DNA of 64,000 nucleotides from Hyphochytrium catenoides (taxonomy: Eukaryota; Protista; Hyphochytriomycota), in the NCBI GenBank assembly GCA_900088475.1, contig FLMG01001044.1, forward strand, positions 9,272 to 73,271, written 5' to 3'. Positions within the stretch are counted from its first letter, which is position 1; every line of letters starts with the position of its first letter. The notes beneath the pieces were generated by a model. The model did no database searches. It was given only the letters and a program-made list of their open reading frames with translations, and was not told where the DNA came from. Position numbers and translations under genes: made by a program. Below are positions 13,701 through 26,000 of the stretch, piece by piece.

Positions 13701-14780
13701 GAGGGAGAGAGTAAGCCGCCAATCCGCGTCTAGTAAGCGATCCGACCTCTCATCCAAGGTATTGCTGGGAAATACTTCCTAGAATTTCCACCCTGTCACC
13801 TTGAGCGTGACGGCAAGATGCAAAGACAATTACGTTCCCGAGACTTGCTTGCTTAAGGCTGCGGCAAGGACCACGAACGAGTACTTGTAGTAAAGGATTA
13901 ACCTTCATTTATATTCCTTCGACCTCGGATCGAGTGTCGATATGTCCTTATGATATTACCCTTCTCCTCCCTATCCCTGCCTGTACTCCCGACTGCGGCG
14001 GTGTCTGAGGTGACGATGATGAGCGGTGATGGTGAGGAGACGAGAAGAGGAGAGGACTCTCCGGGTGGTGGTGTTCTGATTCTGATCCTCCTCCCTCCTC
14101 TCGCCCATCACCATCGCAAATTATCAAAAGAAAGCACCTTGGAATATCTTTCAGGTGGCTACCGTGATCTCTACTAGCTTTAGTGAAACCAACGAATAAT
14201 TTATGGTGAAACATTTCCGTTCTGGTTCTGAGGGCAGGAGGAGTGATGATGCAGATCGGAGCTTGAGTCTCAAGCTGGAAGCTTTCTCTCATAGCAGACA
14301 TAGACCACTCGGAGAGAGGGAGATGAATCAAGGCAAGGAAGATAGGGAGGCCCGGTCCTACTCGCACCCTCACTGGCTGGGGCAAGAAAGGATGGGCTTG
14401 ATGAAGAAGAGGCGAAGGAAAGCTTTGAGGAAGTTTCAGAAATGGATAGGACGCGGAGGAGAGCGAAGACGAGATCTAGAGGAATGCATCATAAAGCTAA
14501 TGATGCCGCTCAAAAGGCTAGAAGGAATAAGGAACGGAGTGGAGTTAGCCAAACCTTTCTTGTCTGTTTGGGACCGGCAGAGGTCTGCAACAAGAAGCTT
14601 TCTACTAAGGCGAGCACTGTTGGAGGATCGCTACAGGCCCAGGAGACTGTAATTTTCGTTCCCTCGCTCAGGCCTACCAGATCACTTTAGCAGAAAAGGT
14701 ACAGATAGCCATTTACTTCTAGGGCTCAGTGGAAGGAAGGAAGCATAGGATTGCAGCTATAGGACATCATTACGGGAAAT

Positions 14781-16900
14781 ATGGTCGTTGAGGGCTCCGA
14801 GAACTCTAGGCGACATTCCTTTCAAACTGTAAGGCAGAGGGTGTTAATTAGTCCGACTGCTGAGTACCAGAACCGCCAGAAATCTGAGCTCTTGGCACCA
14901 GAAGGCAAGTCACTGCACCTGTAAAGACCTATATATTGGTGTAGTCACCGCTTACCATCTTTTCCCAAACCCGGTGCCCCGGCCACTTCTATTCTGCCAT
15001 TATAGGTACGTGGTCCGCCACTGCCGCTGTAGAGGCGTACAAGACCGCTGATGCCACAGACAATCAGCTTGAACTTTCAGAACAGCAACTAGCTTCACTA
15101 TCTCTAGTCACTACTAAAAGCTCAGCCTCTAAAGCCAAGCTCTTGGAAGATAAAGATCCTACCGCCAGTAAAGTTCCCAGCCCTGGTCCGACATCAGTCA
15201 CAGAGAGAGAGCTCCATAACCTATCTTCAGTTCAGGCTGCAGCGTCCAGCCCGCAGCAGGTATTTGCGTTACATCCATCTTCCTATGCCAAACGTGGCAG
15301 CATCAACCCCAGGGAACGGTTGCGCAACCGCAGAAGTTTTGACTGTGGCAAAAGCAACTCAAACCTCGATGTGAAGGTAAGGACATGAGAATCCATAAAT
15401 GATCTAGTCACTTACCTAGGAATCGTTTCCCCTTTCTCCAGAAAGTTGAAGGACTGCTTCCTCCCCCAGTAGTACTCAGCAATGAGCTGAAAAGAGCGCT
15501 TCCCGTTGCTGTTGAGTTAGAGAAGCATAGTGTTCAGCCAACAAGTGGTTCAGGTGCTGCAGGTCTACCTGATTCATTGAGGACTGAGACCCATCCTCAA
15601 TCCATTCAAACAACTTCTACCAGTTCCGGGGTGCACGAACTCCAAAGCTTTGCCCTCGCTATTCCGGTGCTGGAATTCTTTGAGAACGAGTGTCATAGCG
15701 TAAGTGGCTGTTCGGATCTGCTACTTCTATCTCACTACTGACTACGTCTGATTCCCACCTGTTCTTCACGCTTCCCCGCTCTAGCCAAGAGAGGAACAGC
15801 ATGGGAACACGGCAATAGAAACTGATAGTGAACGCAGGCTCTGCTGCAAACAGTGCAGCATTCAGTAGCAAAGAGCGTCGCCAATTTCAGTTTTTGATTG
15901 ACGCTATTCTGTGTAGCAATAAAGCGGTGTACCGTAGTCGAACTAATAGTGGTGTCTCTTTTTCTCTTTGTAATATAGCTTTTAGCCCCACACGGCTAAA
16001 CCACTGCAAATGCTCTCATATCCTTTTCGCCAGCTCTTGCTCTGCTGATTAACACCTTCCAGTCCGAAGAAAGCCCTTCCTTGGTGAATAACACCTCGCC
16101 GGCACTGAAGTATGAAGCTCAATTCTCGTGAAGCAGCACGAGCGCGACCGCCGACAACTAAACATTACTCTGCCATGGAGGTCCTCGCCCAACGACTGGA
16201 GTTTGCAAGCAGGAAGACGCTCAGAAGCGTAGGTCGGCCGATGTGAAGTCTATACATGAGGTCGAGCTCAAGTGAGCCACACCGAGCTATGTGTCCAACC
16301 AGGACCATTCTCTGCCTTATCAGCCTCATGAAGCTTCGGTCTTCATCCACCAGCGCGTAGCAGTCTCCCATCCACCAGGCGTCATAAAAGGGAGCGACGA
16401 CAGCTCCTCTGAGACGCCAAAGCCCGGCGAAGTGGAACAGTTTTGTCGTGAGGATGGTTGGCGCCATGGTTCCTATGGCGTGTAACGGAGGGAGAAGGAC
16501 GAGAAAGCTCTTTGAAAAGCACAGAAAGGCTCATAAGGAGAGACTCGCACTCCGCACACCTTGCAACTGCAACTAGGCCCACCCATTTATGGCTGCTAAC
16601 GGCTAGCAATGACCCTTCCTTTTCGCCTTCTTCAAGGCTCCACAAGGAATCGCGGTGATGATAGCCGGTAGCGGCTAGCCCTCCAAAGGGCATGGCTCCG
16701 TCAATCTCTAGGTGGCGCGGCGGATAGGAAGCAAAAGTCTATCCGCTGCTTCTTCAGCTCACCGCATTCGGCGCCACCCCGTGGGCTCCGGCTTCAGTTC
16801 CAGAGCTGCCTAGCTGCCATGCTGCACGAAGAGGAGTGGGTTGGTCGACAGCAGCAGAAGGATGAGACTCTAATTGCACCGCGAAAGGCCAAACAGTAGT
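14781..16900 (+). pseudogene. Putative decayed multi-exon gene of unknown family
   Basis: ATG 14781; exon 1 ends AAG|GCAAGT (GC donor, 14905) and joins in frame to the exon from 15006. GT donors at 15377 and ~15700. The later frame (~16060-16550) continues in register but has several in-frame stops. Confidence 0.3.
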
Positions 16901-17042
16901 CCTGAAAGAGGTCTACAGGCTCCTTTAAGCTAAAGGTGCACAAGTCAGAAGCGATGGCCATTGCGGACAAGTCCAACTTACCATTTACCACTTCATGGGC
17001 CGACTGAGGGGCTCTGGGGTCAGAAGTGCCCCTATAAAGAAC

Positions 17043-20000
17043 ATGTCAAAGTGGACATTAACACAGTCATTTATTATTGTGGCCCACTGGCTCTCAGTGG
17101 GACGTTCTAGTGCTAGCGATGGGCAAGGTAGTGAAGCTATACTCACTGGGCTCAATCTCCACCTTCCGTTGTCTTTCTCCATTGTCCACATTTTACCGTT
17201 CAGGCACATAGGTTCGGCAGTTGTAAGGGCTAACTGCATATTTCCCTCCCGCATCAGGGCTCTTCTGGAGTGCCCAGCCACGTAGGCCAGCTAATCTCAC
17301 ACAAACAAACGTTTGGATGGACATCCCGGATGCACTGGTGCACCTCACCCTTGACAATGAGGCAGTGTCCGTAATACACTATCAGATACGTGCGACAGGA
17401 CTGCGTGCGCTCGCCGCAATTGGAGGCTTGGGAGACTCTGCACTAACCACCGGAGATAGAGATTTCCTCGCAACCAGAGTAACAGTTGATAGTACGCCAT
17501 TTCGGCAGTCAGGAGCGCTAACGCAACCGCGCTTCGATGGCGAACGCACGCAAAACACACTATCAGGGACACTTGTGACTACGTTACCACGGGGAAACCA
17601 TAGTGTCCGCTTGCAGTGGAAAAAGTTTGGCCCTAGCAGCATCAAATGGCTTGCTGGTCCCTCAATTCAGGCGAACCAGAGCTCAGAAGTGAGCCTTACG
17701 GTCCGAGGCAATCCAAAATATGTTTGGTCCCGTCAGCCTCTCACCCCTGCACGCTTGGACCGCAACTCCGAATGGCAAGATGTAGATGAGGAGCCTCTAC
17801 AGATTGATCTACCTCAGCAGACATCCTTAGAGTTCAAGTATCGGGTCCCACTCACGGCGGATGTGCCCTACTTTCCTGAAGGTATCACGTCCCGAGTGTT
17901 ATCTCCCAACTCTCAAAGGTGATTACTAATCTCTTCCATGTCACATAGGGAACTCTTTAGGGGATACCGTAACGTCAGTACTCTCAGTGGATGAGGTGAA
18001 ATACTACGAAACCCAGTCCACTTTTAGGTTGCTGACCAAGGGGTTACCAGTGGCTACTCTGCATGGCAGCATCCTGCTTACCCTCTCGGCGGGTCAGCAC
18101 CAGATCAGGCTACTCTGGAAGAAGGTTGGGAAAAATGTTAGGGCATGGCGCTCTGTCCCCTCCTTTCTGGATGGCTTCGTTAGTGGGCGGACATTAGTGG
18201 CAGAAAGCCGCGAGCTAGTGCACGCATCTAGACAACTGACTCAAGGGAGTGTCGTCCCACCACCTTACATTCTCTCGAGTAGGGATGAGCTTGATCTATT
18301 TGGCTTTCGGGATTGGATTGACATAGTACCTTCTCTCTTATCTTTCGAAATGCCGTCTTTGTCCATTGTACTCTTCCAATACCGGCTACCACAGCAAGCT
18401 GCTAGAGTGCTGCAGAAGACACAGACAGAAGAGGACGACCCGAAAACATCACCCATTCGTGTCGTCATTGACGGGGAGCCCTACCAGGAGCTTCCTGCTA
18501 CAAGAGCTTGGAAAAGTCAACCTGACGAGGGCATCAAGGGTGAGCTTGTCCTTAGCCTGCCCCCTGGCACGCACTCGGCAAAGCTTCAGATTCGGAAATC
18601 TGTCTTCGATGATCTTCAGAGGGACTGGCTGGGGGCTAGGGAGCTTCAGTCACTTAATAGATTGTCTAAAGGGGAGTACCTGACTTACGCCCTTAGAACG
18701 AATGTTCCAGCTGTTCGGCTCCCGTCTCATCTGAATCAGACGTTGGAAGACGTAAGTACTAGGATCCACGGCATTGAGGTTTTTGACAAGGAGGCTGGTA
18801 TGCCTCTTGATTATAGCGTCAGCGTGAGGCTTGCGGTACAGTATGGCACTTTGAGGTTTGCTCGCAACTACAGCGGGGTTCATTATATCCAAGGCACAGG
18901 GGAGGACGACGCAGTTCTTGTGCTTGCCGGTAGTATGCCAGCCATCAATGATGTACTGGCTGGAGCTCTGTACACGCCCTACCTCCACTATCACGGGCCA
19001 GAACGGCTGCTAGTCTCAGTCATGGATGGGGACAGATCATCAGCCACCGAGGCCAAGGAACACATAGCACAACTTGAGTTTGTTGTGAAATCTGTGAATG
19101 ATCCTCCATCTGTCGTGGTACCAGCAGCGCAGAATATGAGGGAGGACGAGCGACTCTCTATTCATGGGATCACGGTCTACGATGTGGATTGCATAGAGCA
19201 CCTAGACTGTCAACTGGAAATAACACTTAAGGTTACAGCTGGCAGATTGCTCATAATGGACTCATTCAGCCACTTACTGACAGAAGAAGAGTCTCACTTT
19301 GGGTCAAATGTCCTTCGCCTTTCTGGGCCAATCCAAACTGTGAACCAAGCCTTGCGAGAAGTTCAGTACCTACCCTTGCCAGACTACAACTACCGACACC
19401 ACCCAGAAGCGTTAGAGATTATTGTCGCGGACTTTCCGCTTGAAGGTAGCCAAAGACTGACAGCTTATGCCGTCATTCCTATCTTTGTCGCCCCAGTCAA
19501 TGATGCCCCAATTATCTCGAAAGCTTTGGAACAAAGTCTCACCCTGGATGGGCTAAGGCTGAAGGGGCCTTCCTCAGTCACTCTGCAAGCAGATTTGGTG
19601 GCAGGCCATGGAGGATTCTGCCTCTCCAACGCTAGCACTTCCGCTTCCAGTTGGACATTAAAGGGTTCCGCCGTAGAGGTCGGGGCGTTGGTGGAAAGGC
19701 TAGTGATGAATAACATTGACTCGAGCAGTGTAATGGGTTCAGTCCACTTCACCATTCATGATCAGTCCCTGCCAGTGCAATTGGCGGAGACATACATTCT
19801 GGAGTTCCGCCTGATGGAAAAGTCTGAACGTAAGTAATCTATTGCAGACTCACATACAGAAGCGGAGTTCTAACTCTCGTATTATTTCAGATCCACGTCC
19901 ATATCCGCGTATCTTGAGCGTCTCTCCTCAAAGCGGTACGTCTCAAGGCGGCACTAGGGTTGCAATTGAAGCCGAAAACCTGGGGAATGATACCATCTGG

Positions 20001-23000
20001 TGCCTATTCAACACCGTCAAAGTCCAAGCGACTACTGCCAATGGCACCGTCACTTGCCATACTCCTCGTTTGACTGAAGGTTCCCGTGTGCCACAAACAG
20101 TTCTGCTGCGACTCCTCACTTCTGAGGGTCTGCTTTCCAGCCGCGCCCTATACCGCTATGAAGGTAAGTAGTAAAGTTAGGCCGTGAAATCTGATTTGCT
20201 CTCACTTGTTGTAAATATCAAGTGGGACCAACTGTAGCGATGGTTACGCCGACCCTTCTGGACAGAAGAAAGCCCACTGTAGTCACAATTCACGGAAAGG
20301 ACTTTAAACCGAGGGTTGAGATGGCTTGCAGGGCGGGAGAAGCCGTGGTCCGCGGTCTGTGGCTAAATGACTCAGCCGTCACTTGTGAATTCCCGCCTAT
20401 GGGCTGGATGCCTTCACAGCTCCTGGAGTTCACTTCAAATGGCCGAGAGTTCATCAGCACTGGTCACACCTTGGCAGTTCCCGGTACAGTGAATAAATAC
20501 TTGATAACGTACAAGGCACTGCTTGGTTCTATTAGCACTCACCTTCTCCCCTCAGGCAACTGTACCGGGTACGTGATTTCTCCAGAGTCGCCGTACGAAA
20601 GGGATACCCTAGAGGTAGAAGTCATAGGAACCTTTTTGACGACGGGGATGGCCCCTGCTTGTCATATCGGTGGAACCAATGTTTCTGGCCGACCTCTTAA
20701 TGAGACGTTCTTCTCATGTAAGCTTCCGGAAGGGATGATAGGAGCAACAGATTTTCAGATCACCCTCCACGGGTCTGTCATCACTTCAGAAGGGTACCGA
20801 ACGTTACACATAAGAGGTAAGGAACACGTTATGGTTACGCGCAGAGATCAGTCCATCGTGCTAATTGTCCTTTTGTCGTTAACATGTAGAGCGCCTTTTT
20901 ATAGAAAGCATAAGCCCTGCCTTTGGGTTCTCCACCGGTGGCACTCTCGTGACGATAAAGGGGAAAGGTTTCCTAGATAGTCCTTCCATTACCTGTCAGT
21001 TTGGGCTTGCTGCAATACCTGCCCGGACTGTTTCTTCCTCCGAGCTCGTCTGCGAAGCCCCGCCGAATCATGCCGGGTTGGTAAATGTTTCTGTGGAGGA
21101 TTCGAACGGACTGAAGGTTTCTTTCACTGATGCCTATGAGTACATTGATGCCCCAGATATCTACACAATTAGCCCGCGCATGGTCCCTGCCGGTGAAGCC
21201 GGAGTGCTCAGGTTGTATGGACACGGCTTCCTTGACTCGCTTTCTACGGGTTGCAAGGTCAGCAACCAGCTATTTTCAGCAAAATGGATTTCTTCCAGTC
21301 AAGTTATCTGCATGGTAGACCCAGATATAACGTCTGGCCTCCATACAGTGGAGCTTACTCTCAACGGTGTGGACTACATCCCAGCTGGCGTCGACCTTCA
21401 TGTCTACAGAATTCCTGAAGTGCAAGGGCTTTCTCCCACCAAAGGGTTCGCAAACGGTGGAATGAGAATCCTTTTTCAAGGTGCTGGCTTTTTCCCGGCT
21501 CCAAACATTGCCTGCCGTTTTGGGTCCGCTATCATACATGCAGAGTACTTATCGCAGGGAGAGATAGCTTGTGTTGCACCTGCAACGACTTCTTTTGGGG
21601 AAGTGCCGGTCTATATCTCGATGGACGGCACGCACTTTAAAAGAACCGGGCATTCATACACCTTCGTTGAGGATCCTGAGATTGGGGCAGTTTTCCCTCT
21701 CAGTGGCCCCATTGATGGTGGGTCTAAGCTACACTTGCGCGGGAGGGGACTCAACAACTCAAACTACCTCTGTCTTTTTAGAAGTGTGAACAATCGCACT
21801 ATCCAAGAGGAAGTGCCTTCAACAGCATTCGCCGAAAACGAAATGACGTGCACGACACCACCTTGGCAAACGCCTGAAGATGTACACCTCAGCCTGATGC
21901 TTGTCGACACTGGGGAAACAGCGAGGTCGTTCGTGACCTTCTCCTATTCCGAACGCCCGGTGTTGACCTCTATTAGACCCGGCGCCGGGCTTACTTCTGG
22001 GAACACCACGTTAGCCTTATTTGGCTCGCATCTGCTAGCTCTGTCAGGGTCTATCCGTTGCGCTTTCTACTTTCCTTTATCAAATCAAACTATTACGGTT
22101 GAAGGGGTAGCATTGGATGCTGGATATGCAAGATGCTTGACACCTCCGAGTCCGCACAGTGCTACAACAGCGTTTGTTTCGATGTCTCTCAACAATCACG
22201 ACTATTCGAAGAACCAGGTTCGGTATCGATACCTTTCGGAACCGGACATCCATGAGTTGTCGCCAAATTTTGGTAGCGTGAGGGGTGGAACATATGTGAC
22301 TGTTCTTGGTAATAACCTTATAGCTGGGAATGACCTACTTTGCCTCTTCGGTCAAAGGGGCGTCCTCGCAACGATGATCCACGACAACATTCTGATTTGT
22401 GCAACTCCAGCTGCAGAGCATGAGGAAGAGGTTCCTTTTGCCCTTTCTCTCAGTGGAGTTGTGATCGCTCAAAGCAATCTTACATTTACCTACATCAAGG
22501 AAGCCCGAGTAACAGCCATCTGGCCTCCCATTGGCCCTGAGACAGGTGGCACTCTAGTAACGGTGACGGGTGGTGACTTTCTCAACTCTTCTACCATTCG
22601 TTGCAAAATGCATGAAGACCTAAAAGTGGGGCGTTTCGTTTCGTCGGAAGAAATAGAATGCATCACGCCGAACGGTACTAGAGATGAAGTTTCTATGCTT
22701 CAGGTTTCCTTAAATGGCATTGACTTTCTAGAATCTGCCCAGATCTTTCAATATGTTGCGGTCATTACTCTGTCGGAACTCGAACCCAATAGAGGCTTCG
22801 CAGCTGGCGGAACTCTTATCAATGTTTACGGCGACGGCTTCGAGGATTCTGACTCCTTCTACTGTCGATTTGGGAGTCAGCTTACACGGGCAAGGTGGCT
22901 GACGAAAACCCACGCCCAGTGCGTGGCACCTCAAGCGGAGGTCGTGGGAGTTGTTATCTTGGAGTTAACGGCCAATGGGGTCGATTTCACTGCCGACAAA

Positions 23001-26000
23001 CTCACTTTTGAGTATGTTGAGGACCCAGTTCTCATTGCCGCACATCCCAATCACAGCAGCGTCCTAGGTGGGGCCTTATTGACAGTGGAGGGTGCTAACT
23101 TCGTAAATTCGAGCGCGCTGAGTTGTACCTTTGGCAAGGAGTCTGTCCCAGCCGCATACCTGTCTCCTACTTCCCTGACGTGTCTCACCCCTCCACACGA
23201 AGCTGGACCAGTGCCTCTGGCGGTTGGGCTAGGCGGAAGTCTGATGCCACCCGATCAATCACTAACCATTTTATTTCATGAAGCCATGCTTGAAGATGAA
23301 AGAGATGCATCTGCAGAGGATGTACAAGGGAAGTTGGAGCAGGATTTCCGTATTCTTCTGCTTCAGGCAGCAGCGGAGGCCAAGACAAGAAGAAATCTTT
23401 TCGATCTGAACCCTTCCTATGGACCTAGAAATGCTACAACCTCTATCAGAATTTACGGACCGTTTACAACGTTGACTCGGCAGCTCCGCTGTCGATTTGG
23501 ATCGGATGAAAGACCGGCAGTAAGAATATCAAGCTCTGAGGTACATTGCGAAGCTCCACCCGTTAACAACAGTTTGAGTGCGTTGCCTCTTGCTCTCTCA
23601 TTCAATAGAGGGGAATATCTAGAAACTTCGCAGACGTTTTACTACTATGACGAACCGAAAATCAACTCCATAACGCCTGTGGCCGGGCCGAGGGATGGGG
23701 GTACCCGCGTCTACGTCTTTGGCTCAGGATTTATCCATAATGGCCTGTCCAGGTGTAGGTTTGGGACAGAAACGAGTCGTCCCACCTATATTTCTAGTCA
23801 GGAGCTGATGTGTGCTGCTCCTTCGCAGAAGTCTGGCGGAGCAGTTGCTTTTTCTCTTTCGATGAATGGGCAGCATTTCACAGATAGCCAACTACTCTAC
23901 CACTACTACTCTCCCCCAACTCTCCTAGATATCCTACCGCCTGCTGGGGTCATCACTCACATGAAGAGTTTCCACTTAGTAGGAGAGGGATTTGTTCCTG
24001 AACTACCTCTTTGGATTAAGCTCGGGGTTACTCTGGCTTCATGTAGTGCCCACAACTCTACTTCAGCCAGTTGTGGCCCCCCAGACACCGATCTAGCAGT
24101 AGGACCCCACGCAGTCAAGCTCTCACAAAATGGGCAGGACTTTGCCAGTGCAGTGCCTCTTTTCACGGCTATTCCGTCTCCTGTCATCTATTCAATCTTG
24201 CCGAAGATGGTTCCAGCTTGGACTGAAAGCGATCTTTATCTCGACATCCAATCTATCCCAGAGAGCGCGGAGCTATCATGTAAGGTTGGAGAGGCGTTGG
24301 TGCCGGCAATTGTACAAGCCAGGCATAGGATTTCCTGCAGAACTGATGCTACACTACTACCAGGACTTCACACCGTCCAACTTGTGATATATGGAGTAAC
24401 TTATGGCTCCAACCATAGCACTGTCCAGGTTTACAGCCCACCAGAGATAAGAGCCATTGAACCGAAAGAGGGGCCCTATGACGTAGTAACTAAAGTCACC
24501 ATACTGGGGGTCGGTTTCTTTTATTCTTCAGCGATGCTTTGTCGGTTTGGAGAGTTGCACAGCTATGCGGAATTTATCTCAGAGAATGAGATAGCTTGCC
24601 ACGCTCCTTCTAGCCCAAGTGCTCACGAAGTAGAGGTATCCTTCGCGCCAGATGGTGTACACTTTAGGTCTCCTGGGCTGACATTCACTTACACTCCTGG
24701 TATTGAGGTGTTGGATGTGTCTCCTTCCTTAGTGCTCACGAGCGGTGGTTCACGAGTAGTCGTTCGCGGCCGGGGCTTCTTCGCTGCAATGCATTGCCGG
24801 TTGAGTAGTCTGACAAACGCCAGTCTTTACAGCCTCGCAGCTGCTACAGTCCTGTCAAGTAATGAAGCAGAGTGCATCACCCCAAAATGGAATTATAGTG
24901 AAGAGGTCAGGCTTAATGTGGTCCATGCCCCGGAGGAGATTCCGAAAGGTTCAGGCGCGATTCTCCGCTATATTCCACAGCCTGAAGTAAGTCACCTGTG
25001 GCCCACGGCTGGGCTCAATACTGGTGGAACCTCCGTCACCGTCACTGGAGCTCATATTTGGGAACCAAGCGGGACGACGCGTTGCTCGTTCGCCTTCCCT
25101 GAAACAGGAAAGACAATTCTAGTGAATGGGCGCAGGTTGACGGCAGAGCAGATCGAGTGCATTTCACCTCCTGCCCCCACGAACGCCACCAAGGCCATGG
25201 TGGCTATCTCTCTGAATGGTGGTGTTGACTTCTCAAGCCGAAGTCTTCGTTACAGCTATCTAATCAAGCCCATAATAACTGGGACCACACCCACGTTCGG
25301 TGGAGCGGAAGGGGGTACTCCAGTGACAATCCAGGGCTCAGATTTTCCGCTGGCAGCAATCAACGTAATTTGTTCCTTTGGCGGTCAGATGAGCGCTGCC
25401 ATTCGCCTAACGTCATTCGCAATGGTGTGCGTATCCCCTCCCGCCGATAGTCTGGGGCAGATGAACGTTTCATTAGTTCTCGGTGATCTGGAGGCAACCA
25501 TTGGCTCCTTTATGTTTACCTACACCCCAACAGCTCGCATAAAGAGGATAAAGCCAGAGAGAGGCACGGCATCTGGAGGAACCCCGGTGATAGTCGAAGG
25601 CTCTTCATTCCGTAACTCTACAGCCTTAAGTTGCAGGTTTGGTGAGGAAACGAGGCCAGGGAAGTTAGTGACCGAAGAAACTATTGAGTGTTTAAGCCCC
25701 GCGGGTCAGCCAGGGTCTATGGTACCTCTACAGGTCTCTCTGAATGGGGTTGACTTTATTCAGTCATCGCGAGTATTTGAGTATTTGGCAGTCATGAACC
25801 TCGACAGACTTCATCCCACCCATGGGTCTCTCAATGGCGGTACCGTAGTAAATGTCTATGGCCATATTTTTGTCGATTCTGTCAGTTTGGAATGCAGCTT
25901 CGATTCGAACTTGGTCCCTGCAATCTGGATCTCTTCCTTTCACATACAATGCCTGTCACCTCCGATGACGACAAGTAGAGCTGTAATGCTTAAGCTGACG

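Noticed and set aside
16060-16550. Stop-codon reassignment suggested by in-frame stops
   Set aside because: Intact genes in the window terminate at TAA and TAG, and the 6,643-aa ORF has no internal stops; decay is the simpler explanation
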